DNA of 36,033 bases from a virus (Duplodnaviria; Caudoviricetes), in the IMG/VR virus record IMGVR_UViG_3300049144_000053, positions 1 through 36,033 of that record; one strand, given 5' to 3'. The notes beneath the pieces were generated by a model. The model was not told the origin of the DNA. It ran no database searches and saw only the letters and a program-made list of their open reading frames with translations. The translations under genes and the position numbers were made by a program. Shown in pieces: positions 8,991-18,204 of the stretch. Each line of letters starts with the position of its first letter. Position 1 is the stretch's first letter.

Positions 8991-9275
8991 ATGGTCTGGA
9001 GAGTGGACTCCCGTACCGATCCGACCCGCTGGGTGACCCACGACGGGCGCCGGTGGGCGGCTGACGACGCCACTCGGCCCAACATGATCGTCCTGGCAGA
9101 CGGCCCGCAGCCGTTGACGCCGACCGGCCCGCACTACACCCCGACCGGACCGGGCGACGAGGTCGCTGCCTACCTCGCCGCCGTGCGGCTGGTGCCGGCG
9201 CCGCAAGTGTCTGGAGAGCCGCCGCAGGTACCGCGGCCGCCGGACGCTGGCGGCATGCCGGACGTCGCCTTCTAG
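8991..9275 (+). CDS. Small hypothetical protein, candidate immunity partner
   Basis: 94-aa ORF 12 nt after the MuF stop and followed by a terminator. Confidence 0.65.
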   Translation: MVWRVDSRTDPTRWVTHDGRRWAADDATRPNMIVLADGPQPLTPTGPHYTPTGPGDEVAAYLAAVRLVPAPQVSGEPPQVPRPPDAGGMPDVAF

Positions 9276-9292
9276 ACGCCGCTCACCCCTGC

Positions 9293-9320
9293 AGGGTCCG
9301 CTTCGTGCGGGCCCTTTTCT
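9293..9320 (+). terminator. Intrinsic terminator-like hairpin
   Basis: agggtccgc-ttcgt-gcgggccct followed by tttct. Confidence 0.65.
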
Positions 9321-9343
9321 GTGCCCGGATCCGGGCCACCAGC

Positions 9344-9419
9344 TTCCGCCCGCCAGGCGCGGGCGGGATTGCACAACCCCCGCCAGGCGCGGGGCTCTTC
9401 CTACGCGCACCAGGAGTGC
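9344..9419 (+). promoter_or_regulatory. Three tandem hairpins with CAGG(C/A) loops in the scaffold leader
   Basis: ccgcccgc-CAGGC-gcgggcgg (9346-9366); ccccgc-CAGGC-gcgggg (9378-9394); gcac-CAGGA-gtgc (9407-9419, contains the RBS). Confidence 0.7.
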
Positions 9420-9424
9420 ACGAC

Positions 9425-10219
9425 ATGCAGAAGCGAACCCTCCCCCGGCTGGCCGGTGCTGGCTGGGCACACCCCTACGCCAGCGGCCCTTTCGACCCGT
9501 ACCTGTACGCCGACGGCGGGGACGGAGGCGACACCGAATCCGACAGCGGCGGCAGCGATGACGACGGCTCGGACGACGCAGGAGGCGACGACGCCGGCGG
9601 GACCGGCGACGACTCCGGCACGGACGACGCCGACGACAAGGACGACAAGCCGAAGCCCAGGACGCCGGCGAAGAAGGACGGCGACGAGGACCCGGCGGCC
9701 GAGCTGGCTCGGCTCCGCAAGGAGCTGAAGCAGGCGAACGCCGACGCGGCGAAGGCCCGTACCACGGCGAAGAAGAATGCCGCCGAGGAGGCCAAGGCCG
9801 AACTGGTCCAGCAGATGGGCCGCGCACTCGGCCTGATCAAGGACGACAAGGACGAGGCGCCGGACCCGGCGAAGCTGACCGCGGAGATCGAGCGCGCCAC
9901 CGCGGCGCACCGCGAGACCGCGATCGAGCTGGCCGTGTACCGCAGTGCCTCCCGGCACGGCGCGGACCCGGAGGCGCTCACCGACTCCAGGTCGTTCCTG
10001 TCCTCGATCAAGGACCTCGACCCGTCCGACGAGGGGTTCGCGAAGGCAGTGTCCGCCGCCATCAAGGCCGCGGTCACGGAAAACCCGAAGCTCAAGGCGC
10101 AGGGCCAGGCGCCCGCGCGCGCGTCCGGTGACTTCTCCGGCAGCAGCGGAGGACGCCCCGACAACGACTCCATCGAAGCCCACCGCGCGGCCCGCCGGAA
10201 GGCGCGCACCGGCGGCTGA
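9425..10219 (+). CDS. Capsid scaffolding protein
   Basis: Immediately upstream of the capsid gene; Asp/Gly-rich N-region, coiled coil and DSRSF motif; RBS AGGAG before ATG 9425. Confidence 0.85.
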   Translation: MQKRTLPRLAGAGWAHPYASGPFDPYLYADGGDGGDTESDSGGSDDDGSDDAGGDDAGGTGDDSGTDDADDKDDKPKPRTPAKKDGDEDPAAELARLRKELKQANADAAKARTTAKKNAAEEAKAELVQQMGRALGLIKDDKDEAPDPAKLTAEIERATAAHRETAIELAVYRSASRHGADPEALTDSRSFLSSIKDLDPSDEGFAKAVSAAIKAAVTENPKLKAQGQAPARASGDFSGSSGGRPDNDSIEAHRAARRKARTGG

Positions 10220-10241
10220 CACCCCGTAGAGAGAGGGCCCC

Positions 10242-11192
10242 ATGGCCAACACGTTCCTCACCCCCGACACCATCGCCCGCCGGGCCCTGGCCACGCTGTA
10301 CGAGACGACGCACATGGCGCAGCTCGTGCACCGCGACTACGAGGCCGACTTCGCCGGCCGCGTCGGCGACACGATCACCGTGCGCAAGCCCGCCACCTTC
10401 GTCGCGAACGAGTTCAACCGGGCCACCGGCATCGTGCCGCAGAACGCGACCGAGTCCGGCTTCCCGGTCGTCCTCAACCACATGCCCGACGTGTCCTTCA
10501 CGGTCACCACGGAGCAGCTCAACCTGGAGATCAACGACTTCGGCGAGCAGCTCCTCGACCCGGCGATGGAGGCCATGGCGCAGAAGATCGACCGCGACAT
10601 CCTCGCCCTGCGCAACGACGTCTCCCAGGTCGTGGGTGAGGTCGCGGAGAACGCGGCCGGCGAGGAGTACAACTACCCCGGCGGCCACTACCCGTGGTCC
10701 GACTCCCGCGTCCTCATCGAGGCCGGCGCGCTCCTGGACACGAAGAACGTGCCGCAGGCCGACCGGTACGTCGTCGTCGGGCCGCGGACGAAGGCCCGTT
10801 GGGTCGCCGAGAAGATCTGGCGGGCGGCCGACCAGCGGGGCGCCACCGTGGGCCTGACCGAGGCCCAGTTCGGCGCGCGCGCGTCCGGGTTCGACCCGTA
10901 CATGACGCAGAACATCCCGGGCCCGGCCGCCAACCCGTCCGCGGGACAGCCGACGACCGAGGAGAGCGTCGCGTTCCACCGGACCGCGTTCGCGCTCGTC
11001 ACCCGCACGCTGGAGGTCCCGCCCGGCGCGCAGGACGCCACGATCATGAACTACAAGGGCTTCGCCCTGCGCGTCGTCTACGACTACGACATCAAGTACA
11101 AGCAGACCGTGGTCAGCGTCGACTGCCTGTACGGCACCAAGACCCTCGACGCCAACCGTGCCGTCATCATCAAGGGAGCTGACGCCGCATGA
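10242..11192 (+). CDS. Major capsid protein (P22 coat-like family)
   Basis: MANTFLTPDTIARRAL...RDYEADF..GDTITVRKP; AFHRTAFALVTR and DCLYG motifs. Confidence 0.9.
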   Translation: MANTFLTPDTIARRALATLYETTHMAQLVHRDYEADFAGRVGDTITVRKPATFVANEFNRATGIVPQNATESGFPVVLNHMPDVSFTVTTEQLNLEINDFGEQLLDPAMEAMAQKIDRDILALRNDVSQVVGEVAENAAGEEYNYPGGHYPWSDSRVLIEAGALLDTKNVPQADRYVVVGPRTKARWVAEKIWRAADQRGATVGLTEAQFGARASGFDPYMTQNIPGPAANPSAGQPTTEESVAFHRTAFALVTRTLEVPPGAQDATIMNYKGFALRVVYDYDIKYKQTVVSVDCLYGTKTLDANRAVIIKGADAA

Positions 11193-11563
11193 TCCGCTAC
11201 CACAACACCAACACCGGTGACGTCGTCGAGCGGGAGCAGGAGGACAGCCGGCTGGAGTCGCTGGACAACTGGGAGCGCCTGGACGGCGACGAGCAGCCCG
11301 GCGAGGTCACCCCGGACAGCGTCCTGAAGCGGCCGCAGACCTCCCCCGGCGTCGCGCTCACCTCCACCGAGGGCAAGCGCGCCGAGGTCGAGGAGGACTT
11401 CAAGGAGCAGCAGGAGGAGGCCGGTGACCCGCCGGCCCGGTCCGCGTCCAAGCAGGACTGGATCGACTACGCGCTGAAGCGGGCGGTGTCCGACGAGGAG
11501 CGCACGGAGATCCCGGGCCTGACCAAGGAGATGCTGGTCGCGAAGTACGGCGAGGAGTCCTAG
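11189..11563 (+). CDS. Hypothetical head-associated protein
   Basis: ATGA overlap; acidic; C-terminal PARSASKQDWIDYA...LTKEMLV motif of the kind seen after capsid genes. Confidence 0.7.
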   Translation: MIRYHNTNTGDVVEREQEDSRLESLDNWERLDGDEQPGEVTPDSVLKRPQTSPGVALTSTEGKRAEVEEDFKEQQEEAGDPPARSASKQDWIDYALKRAVSDEERTEIPGLTKEMLVAKYGEES

Positions 11564-12073
11564 ATGCCTCTCTCCTCGACTCTCGCCGTCTCCGCGTTCA
11601 CGGAGCTGTCCGGCGCGTCCGGTCTCGGCACCGCCCGCATCCCGGCCGGGCTGTCCCGGGCCGTGACGCTGGCATCGGGCACCGGCGCGGGCAAGGCCGA
11701 CAAGGTGTTCCAGGCGCGGCGCACGATCGCCGCGTCCGGCACCGACGACCTCGACCTCGCCGGTGTCCTCACCGACGCCCTCGGCGCGACGATCACCTTC
11801 GCCCGGATCAAGGGCCTGTTCATCGCCGCGGCGGTCGGCAACACCAACAACCTCGTCGTCGGCAACAGCACGTCCAACACCTGGGCGACGCTGCTGAACG
11901 CGACCGGCACGGTGACGCTCCGGCCGGGTGCGGCCCTCGCTGCGGTCGCCGGGCCGGCGGACGCCACCGCGTGGGGGGTCACGGCGTCGACGGGGGACAT
12001 CCTCCGCATCGCCAACTCCGGCGGCGGGAGCACCGTCGCGTACGACATCTGCATCGTCGGCGCGTCCGCGTAG
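11564..12073 (+). CDS. Putative virion structural or decoration protein
   Basis: Ala/Gly/Thr-rich, beta-strand-like sequence in the head module. Confidence 0.6.
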   Translation: MPLSSTLAVSAFTELSGASGLGTARIPAGLSRAVTLASGTGAGKADKVFQARRTIAASGTDDLDLAGVLTDALGATITFARIKGLFIAAAVGNTNNLVVGNSTSNTWATLLNATGTVTLRPGAALAAVAGPADATAWGVTASTGDILRIANSGGGSTVAYDICIVGASA

Positions 12074-12081
12074 CTGCATCA

Positions 12082-12122
12082 GCACGGCGCAGGGAGGTCC
12101 GGTTCGGGCCTCCCTGCCGTGC
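12082..12122 (+). terminator. Stem-loop after the capsid genes
   Basis: gcacggc(gc)agggagg...cctccctgccgtgc inverted repeat. Confidence 0.55.
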
Positions 12123-12147
12123 GTTCCGCCCCAGGAAGGGAGCCGCT

Positions 12148-12576
12148 GTGCCCCGTGTGTACGCCACCGTCGAGGAGTACGAGGCGTCTCCCGGCGCGAC
12201 CGTCCCGGCGCCGCCCGGGACCGATGTGAAGCTGGTGCAGGCGTCGCGGATGCTGGACCGGGTCGTGCTGCGCTACTGCCGGTACGACGTCGACCCGGCT
12301 ACCGGCATGCCGACCCACCCTGCGGTGCTGGCCGCCCTGCGGGACGCGGTCATCGCGCAGGCCATGTGGTGGGACACCGTCGGCGACGCCTCGGGCGCGG
12401 ACGCGGTCGGCTGGGGCTCGGTCAGCATCGGCTCCGTCAACCTCGGCCGTTCCGTGACCGCCGTGACCGGCGAGGACGCCCCCGCACGCCAGCTCGCGCC
12501 GACCGTGCTGGACGCGCTCCTCGACCCCGACCTCACCGACGACGTCTTCCGTCTGGGCGCGGTGACGACGTGCTGA
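12148..12576 (+). CDS. Head-to-tail adaptor
   Basis: GTG start after an AGGGAG RBS; YATVEEY..ASRMLD, SVSIGSV and LAP motifs; synteny. Confidence 0.75.
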   Translation: MPRVYATVEEYEASPGATVPAPPGTDVKLVQASRMLDRVVLRYCRYDVDPATGMPTHPAVLAALRDAVIAQAMWWDTVGDASGADAVGWGSVSIGSVNLGRSVTAVTGEDAPARQLAPTVLDALLDPDLTDDVFRLGAVTTC

Positions 12577-12884
12577 TCCCCCGCTTCCTGATGCGGCACG
12601 AGGTCACGATCGAGCCGTACCTCGGCGATACCAGCAAGGGCCCCAAGTACGGGCCGCCCAAGACCGTGCGGTGCTTCATCGATGAGGAGACCCGCGGGGT
12701 ACGCAGCCCGGCTGGCGAGGACGTCACCAGCTCAACGACCGTGTTCGCCGACCCGGGCACCCAGGCACCGCAGTTCTCGCGGGTCACCCTGCCCGACGGC
12801 CGCGTCACGAAGGTCATCCAGACCGCCAACCGGGACGGCGGCGGCCTGCCCACACCCGACCACGTGGAGATCCAACTCGAGTAA
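12570..12884 (+). CDS. Head-to-tail stopper
   Basis: MLIPRFLMRHEVTIEPYLG...G.KYG..SRVTLPDGR..LPTPDH; synteny. Confidence 0.75.
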   Translation: MLIPRFLMRHEVTIEPYLGDTSKGPKYGPPKTVRCFIDEETRGVRSPAGEDVTSSTTVFADPGTQAPQFSRVTLPDGRVTKVIQTANRDGGGLPTPDHVEIQLE

Positions 12885-12895
12885 CGGGAGGCGCC

Positions 12896-13246
12896 GTGCC
12901 CCAGAGCGTCCGCTTCAGCTTCGACGGGACCGTAGCGGAGCAGCGGCTGAAGCAGGGCGCCGCGCGCGGCCTGCTCCTGGGCGCCGAGCACGTCCTCGGC
13001 CGAAGCAATGACGTCGTCCCCCTGGACGAGGCCACGCTCCAGCGTTCCGGCGTGGCCAGCGTCGACGAGGCGTCGCTGACCGCCGCGGTCTCGTACGACA
13101 CCCCCTACGCCGTGGTGCAGCACGAACGGCTGGATCTCCGGCACGCGCCCGGGCGCACGGCGAAGTACCTGGAAAACTCGTTGAACGCGGCCCGCCAGGA
13201 GGTGGCCGCGCTCATCGCCGCCCAGATCCGGCGGTCCCTGCGGTGA
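12896..13246 (+). CDS. Neck / tail-completion protein (HK97 gp10-like)
   Basis: VPLDEATLQRSG, YDTPYAVVQHE and AKYLE motifs. Confidence 0.75.
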   Translation: MPQSVRFSFDGTVAEQRLKQGAARGLLLGAEHVLGRSNDVVPLDEATLQRSGVASVDEASLTAAVSYDTPYAVVQHERLDLRHAPGRTAKYLENSLNAARQEVAALIAAQIRRSLR

Positions 13247-13680
13247 CCCCCACCGACGACGTCGACCTCCTCACCGGCATCGCGGTCCTCCTCGACGCCG
13301 AGGGCCTGGGCACCTACTCCCCGGACGACGTGCTCCCCGACGACGCCACGGCGATCGTCCTCGCCCGCGTCCCGGACACCCCGGACCGGGTCATCTGCCT
13401 GACCCCCTACCCCGTCGCGGACGACGACACCGCCAACGCCATCACCGGCATTCAGGTGCGCATGCGCGCGGGCACGGACCCAACCGCTCTCGTGCAGCTC
13501 GGCAACGACCTGTTCGGCCTGCTCCACAACCGGCAGCACTACACGGCCGGCACGGCGCGCGTGCAGTTGTCCTGGCGGCAGTCCCAGGCGTGGATCGGTC
13601 AGGACGACCGGGGCCGCATGGAGCTGACCGCGAACTTCTACTTCCGGACGACCAGGTCCGGGCCTTACCTGATCGACTAG
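13243..13680 (+). CDS. Tail terminator (Minor_capsid_3-like)
   Basis: PDTPDRVICLTPY, IQVRMR and GQDDRGRME.TANF motifs; precedes the major tail gene. Confidence 0.75.
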   Translation: MTPTDDVDLLTGIAVLLDAEGLGTYSPDDVLPDDATAIVLARVPDTPDRVICLTPYPVADDDTANAITGIQVRMRAGTDPTALVQLGNDLFGLLHNRQHYTAGTARVQLSWRQSQAWIGQDDRGRMELTANFYFRTTRSGPYLID

Positions 13681-13689
13681 GAGGACCGC

Positions 13690-14163
13690 ATGTCCACGCC
13701 CACCCCGATCACCGCTCTCGCGCGCCGCTGGCGGCTGGAGCTCGACATGTCCGCGGCCAAGGACGGCTCGGACTGGCAGCTCGTGCCCGGTGTCACCGAC
13801 TTCTCCCCGTCCGCCGAGCCGAACATCGAGGACAGCTCGGACTACGACTCCGGCGGCTGGGCGGGCAACACGAAGACCGGCCAGGCCTGGGAGGTCAGCA
13901 CCACGATCAACCGCCGGATCAACGACCAGGTGAAGGTGTACCACCCCACCCACGAGGCGATCCGTCTCGCCGCCTTCGGGTTCGGCAGCGCCTCCCAGGT
14001 GCACCTCCGCTACTACGACCGCGACGGCCTCCCGGAGGCGTACGAGGGCACCGCGATCGTCACCTGGGCGCCGTCCGGCGGCGAGTACACCGCCCTGGAC
14101 CAGGTCGAGGTCACTTTCACCGGCGACGGCCCGCTCACCCCGATCACGAACCCGGTGAGCTGA
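13690..14163 (+). CDS. Major tail tube protein
   Basis: LARRWRLE, DSSDYDSGGW and VRYYD-like/EAYEG motifs; strong RBS; synteny. Confidence 0.85.
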   Translation: MSTPTPITALARRWRLELDMSAAKDGSDWQLVPGVTDFSPSAEPNIEDSSDYDSGGWAGNTKTGQAWEVSTTINRRINDQVKVYHPTHEAIRLAAFGFGSASQVHLRYYDRDGLPEAYEGTAIVTWAPSGGEYTALDQVEVTFTGDGPLTPITNPVS

Positions 14164-14696
14164 TGGCGGCCGGAACCTTCGAGGCCCTCGACGACTTCCT
14201 CTCCGAGGGGCTCGACCTGCACGTGCGCGGCAAGGACGACGTGGTCCGCGAGTACCACATCGCCGACCCCTCCGCCGAGGCCGGGCTCAAGATCGAGCGG
14301 ATCACCAGCATGGCCGCGCGGCTGGCCGCCGGCGGCTCGGCCCCTGAAGGGCGTGTGCTGGACGACCAGGAAGAGATCGACCTGTACCGCCTCTGTCTCG
14401 GCGACACCTACGAGCGGCTCATGGCCGAGGTGTCCTGGTCGATGTTCAAGCACGCGGCCATGACAGTCATGTTCTGGATCACGACCGACGAAGAGACCGC
14501 CCTGGAGTACTGGAAGACCGGCGAAGCCCCGGGAAAAGCGGGGCGGAACCGGGCGGAGCGGCGGCAGATGTCGCGCGCATCCTCGGCAAAGGGTGCGGCG
14601 AACGGGACCCCGTCACGGGCCTCTACGAGTGGTACGAAGGCGGCGTCCAAGCACCGAAGCAAGCCCGGTCGAGGCAAGGCCCGCCAGCAGACCTGA
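14163..14696 (+). CDS. Tail assembly chaperone (gpG-like)
   Basis: TGATG coupling; lies between major tail and tape measure; NRAERR motif. Confidence 0.85.
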   Translation: MAAGTFEALDDFLSEGLDLHVRGKDDVVREYHIADPSAEAGLKIERITSMAARLAAGGSAPEGRVLDDQEEIDLYRLCLGDTYERLMAEVSWSMFKHAAMTVMFWITTDEETALEYWKTGEAPGKAGRNRAERRQMSRASSAKGAANGTPSRASTSGTKAASKHRSKPGRGKARQQT

Positions 14697-14905
14697 GCTG
14701 GGCGACGCTGCTGCAGCAGTGGCCGCTGATCGAGGCCGACTTGCACTCCGAGTACGGCATCGACGTCGAGTCCGGCATCCTCCGCGAGCGCACCTGGCGC
14801 TGGCTGCAGGCCCGAATCTTCGGCCTGTTCTCCTGCGACTCGCGAATGCGCCGCCACTTCGCGCCACCTCCTGAGGACAACTCCCGCACCAGCCGAAGGA
14901 GGTAG
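14163..14905 (+). CDS. Tail assembly chaperone -1 frameshift product (gpGT-like); slippery site GGGAAAA at 14531-14537
   Basis: In-frame G GGA AAA; the -1 frame stays open to TAG 14903-14905 and encodes ...WPLIEADLHSEYGIDVESGILRERTWRWLQARIFGL... Confidence 0.85.
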
Positions 14906-14907
14906 CG

Positions 14908-17900
14908 ATGGCGCTGACCGTCGGCGAGCTGACCGGCATCATCCGCATCGACGACCGCGCGGTGCGGCCCGCGCTGCGCCGTGTCGAGCAGGCCATGCGG
15001 CAGACCGGCGAGAACCTCGGCGATGACGCCGAGCGCGCCGGCGAGGATGCGGGCGAGCAGCTCGGCGGCGGGTTCGTGCGGGGCGCGGACGGGCAGTGGC
15101 GCACGATCCGCGGCGACCTGGTCGACGAGGTCACCGCGGCGACGCTGGAGGCCGAGCGGGAGGCGCACCGCGGCGGGCAACGCATCGGGGAGGGGCTCGG
15201 CGACGGGCTGACCCCGGCCGCCCGCCGCGCGGGCGAGGACGCCGGCGACGCGGCCGGGGACGGCCTGACCGACGAGGGCAGCGCGGGCGCCGACGAGGCC
15301 GTGAGCGGCTGGACCGAGCGCCTGGGCAAGCTCAAGGCAGGCGTGGCGGTGATCGGCGCGGCGGCCGGCGCCGCCCTCATGTCGGCCTTCAACGACATGC
15401 TGGAGCAGGGCCAGATCACGGGCCGTCTCGGCGCGCAGATGGGCAAGACTCCGGCGGAGGCGCAGCGGTACGGGAAGATCGCGGGGCATCTGTACGCAGA
15501 CGCCGTCACCGAGGACTTCCAGGGCGCCGCCGACGTCATCAGCGCGATGATGTCGGCTGGCATCGCCCCGCCGGACGCGACGAACAAGCAGCTCCAGTCC
15601 ATCGGCAAGAACCTGTCCGACCTGTCCGGCACCTTCGAGCTGGACCTGGGCCAGGCGGCAAACGCCGTCGGACAGATCCTCAAGACCAAGCTGGCGAAGA
15701 ACGCCCAAGATGCCTTCGACGTCATGACCCGCGGCATGCAGGTCATGGGGCCCAGGGCTGATGACCTGGCTGACACCTTCAACGAGTACTCCACGATCTT
15801 CCGGCAGCTGGGGATCTCCGCCACCGACGCCACCGGACTGCTGGCGCAGGGCATGGCCGCGGGCGCCCGCGACACCGACGTCGTCGCCGACAGCCTCAAG
15901 GAACTCGTCCTCATCACCCAGGGCGGCGGCAAGACGGTCGACGCCGCCTTCAAGAAGATCGGCCTGTCCGGCAGCGAGATGCAGACCGCGTTCTCCAAGG
16001 GCGGCCCCCAGGCGAAGAAGGCCCTCGACCAGATCTTCGACGGGCTCCGCAAGGTCAAGGACCCCGCCGACCGGGCGCAGCTCGCCGTCGCCCTCTTCGG
16101 CACCAAGGCCGAGGACATGCAGAAGGCCCTCTTCGCCCTGGACCCGTCGAGCGCGGCCAAGGCGCTGGGCGAGGTGGGCGGCGCCGCCGACAAGATGGGC
16201 AACACGCTCAGGGACAACGCCGGGACGAAGCTCGAGCAGTTCAAGCGGGGCATGCAGCAGCGCCTCGTCGACTTCCTCGGCGGCACTGTCATCCCGGGCC
16301 TGACGCGCTTCCGCACCCAGGCGGGGCAGATCCTCGGCTCGCTGTGGGCCGAGGCAGGCAAGGGTGACACCGCGGGCGCGGACAGGGTGATCGCGTTCGT
16401 GGAGATCCTCGGCCAGCGGCTGAGAGACAAGGCGATCGAGCAGGCGCCCAAGCTCATCTCGGGTCTGCAGACCATGGGGCAGCGGGTCGCCGAGTACGTG
16501 ATGGCCAACCCCGACACCGTGCTGAAGGTGGCTGCGCTCGCCGGGGCGATCATCTTCGCCGTGTCGAAGTTGCCCGTGCTCGTCGCGGGCGCGCTCGCCG
16601 CCGCTGCGATCACCATGATGGTCGGCTTCGTCGGCCGCATGGGCAGCGCGCTGCTGGAGAACTTGCCCAAGTGGTGGCTCCAGTTCAACGGCTGGATCGT
16701 CTCCAAGGCGGCGTCCGCGGGCACGTGGATGGCCAGCCTCGGCGTCGCGATGGGCGCGTGGTTCGGCGGCCTGTGGTCCCGGTACATCGCCGGGCCCGTG
16801 AGCCGCCAGTGGGCCGCGTGGCTGGCCGGCGTGCGCTCCCTGTCCGGCAAAACCCAGGCCGCGCTGGTCGGGCTGCCGGGCGCGCTGCTCCGCGTGGCCC
16901 TGAACGCGTGGATGCAGTTCTACAACGGCACCATGCGGCGGACGTCGGCCGTCCTCGGCTACGTGCGCACCATCCCGAGCCGGATCAGCAGCGCCGTCGG
17001 CTCGGTCAACCAGCTGCTGTACTCCAAGGGCGTCGCGGTCGTGCAGGGCCTGTGGGCCGGCATCTCTTCCATGGGCGGCTGGCTGCAGGGCCAGCTGATG
17101 TCGTGGGCGCGGTCCGTGATCCCCGGCCCGATCGCGAAGGCGCTGGGCATCAACTCGCCATCGAAGGTGACGACCGCTCAGGGCCGGTGGATCGCGCGCG
17201 GTCTGATCGCTGGTCTGACCGGCTCGACGAAGCAGGTCCGCGCCGCGTCGCAGAAGCTGGCGGACATCGTCAGGGACAGCATGAGCCCCGGCCGCGCGCG
17301 GTCGAAGGCGCTGTCGACGATCAGCTCGGGTACGAAGAAGCTGCTGGCGTACGCGTCGGTGGAGCAGAAGGTCGCCGCCCGACTGGGCTCGGCGCGCAAG
17401 GCCCTCGCGACCTACGTGGCCGCGCGAGCCAAGATCACGGCGGACGTGAAGAAGGGCGTCCTCGACGACGCGAACATCACCCAGTCCAGCGGGAGTGACC
17501 CGGCCACGGCCGACTCGATCCTCAACGGGCTGCGTGCCGACAGGGCGGCTGCCGAGCGGTTCGCGTCGGACCTGGCCAAGCTGCGGGCGAAGGGGGTGCG
17601 CGCGGACCTGATCGCGCAGATCGCCCAGGCCGGCGTGGCGCAGGGCGGGTCGGCGGCGTCCGCGCTCGCCGCGGCGTCGGCCAACCAGGTCAAGGCGATC
17701 AACTCGGAGCAGGCGGCGCTGGTGAAGGCCGCCGGGAACGCGGGGGTGACGGCGGGCAATGCGATGTACGGGGCCGGGATCCAGGCCGCGAAGGGTCTGG
17801 TGATGGGTCTGCAGTCCCAGCAGAAGCGCATCGAGCAGCAGATGCTGGCCATCGCAAAGTCGATGTCGAAGAGCATCAAGAAGGCCCTCGGGATCAAGAG

Positions 17901-18201
17901 CCCGTCGCGGGTGATGGCGCTGGTCGGCGCGTACACGGCGGAGGGCCTGCGGGAGGGCATCGAGTCCGGGCGTACGGCCGTCAACCGCAGCATGGCCAGC
18001 CTGGTGGAGACGCCGGCGCCCGGCGCGTGGCCGACCGACATCACCGCACGCAGGCCCGGGCGCGGCCGGGCGAACGGGAAACCGGAGCTCGTGCTCCGCT
18101 CGGACGGCACCCGCGCGGGCCGGTTCCTCATGGAGGTCATGCGCTCCGCGGTCGACGTACGGGGCGGCGATGTTCAGTTCGCCGTCACAGGGAGGAGTTA
18201 G
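14908..18201 (+). CDS. Tape measure protein
   Basis: 1097 aa, Ala/Gly-rich helical; MALTVGEL start, DTFNEYS, ALFGTKAED and two LGI.SPS.V motifs. Confidence 0.92.
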   Translation: MALTVGELTGIIRIDDRAVRPALRRVEQAMRQTGENLGDDAERAGEDAGEQLGGGFVRGADGQWRTIRGDLVDEVTAATLEAEREAHRGGQRIGEGLGDGLTPAARRAGEDAGDAAGDGLTDEGSAGADEAVSGWTERLGKLKAGVAVIGAAAGAALMSAFNDMLEQGQITGRLGAQMGKTPAEAQRYGKIAGHLYADAVTEDFQGAADVISAMMSAGIAPPDATNKQLQSIGKNLSDLSGTFELDLGQAANAVGQILKTKLAKNAQDAFDVMTRGMQVMGPRADDLADTFNEYSTIFRQLGISATDATGLLAQGMAAGARDTDVVADSLKELVLITQGGGKTVDAAFKKIGLSGSEMQTAFSKGGPQAKKALDQIFDGLRKVKDPADRAQLAVALFGTKAEDMQKALFALDPSSAAKALGEVGGAADKMGNTLRDNAGTKLEQFKRGMQQRLVDFLGGTVIPGLTRFRTQAGQILGSLWAEAGKGDTAGADRVIAFVEILGQRLRDKAIEQAPKLISGLQTMGQRVAEYVMANPDTVLKVAALAGAIIFAVSKLPVLVAGALAAAAITMMVGFVGRMGSALLENLPKWWLQFNGWIVSKAASAGTWMASLGVAMGAWFGGLWSRYIAGPVSRQWAAWLAGVRSLSGKTQAALVGLPGALLRVALNAWMQFYNGTMRRTSAVLGYVRTIPSRISSAVGSVNQLLYSKGVAVVQGLWAGISSMGGWLQGQLMSWARSVIPGPIAKALGINSPSKVTTAQGRWIARGLIAGLTGSTKQVRAASQKLADIVRDSMSPGRARSKALSTISSGTKKLLAYASVEQKVAARLGSARKALATYVAARAKITADVKKGVLDDANITQSSGSDPATADSILNGLRADRAAAERFASDLAKLRAKGVRADLIAQIAQAGVAQGGSAASALAAASANQVKAINSEQAALVKAAGNAGVTAGNAMYGAGIQAAKGLVMGLQSQQKRIEQQMLAIAKSMSKSIKKALGIKSPSRVMALVGAYTAEGLREGIESGRTAVNRSMASLVETPAPGAWPTDITARRPGRGRANGKPELVLRSDGTRAGRFLMEVMRSAVDVRGGDVQFAVTGRS

Positions 18202-18204
18202 AAG

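Noticed and set aside
9515-9650. GACGAC/GGCGAC-rich repeats in the scaffold gene
   Set aside because: Explained by an Asp/Gly low-complexity protein tract in a single frame.
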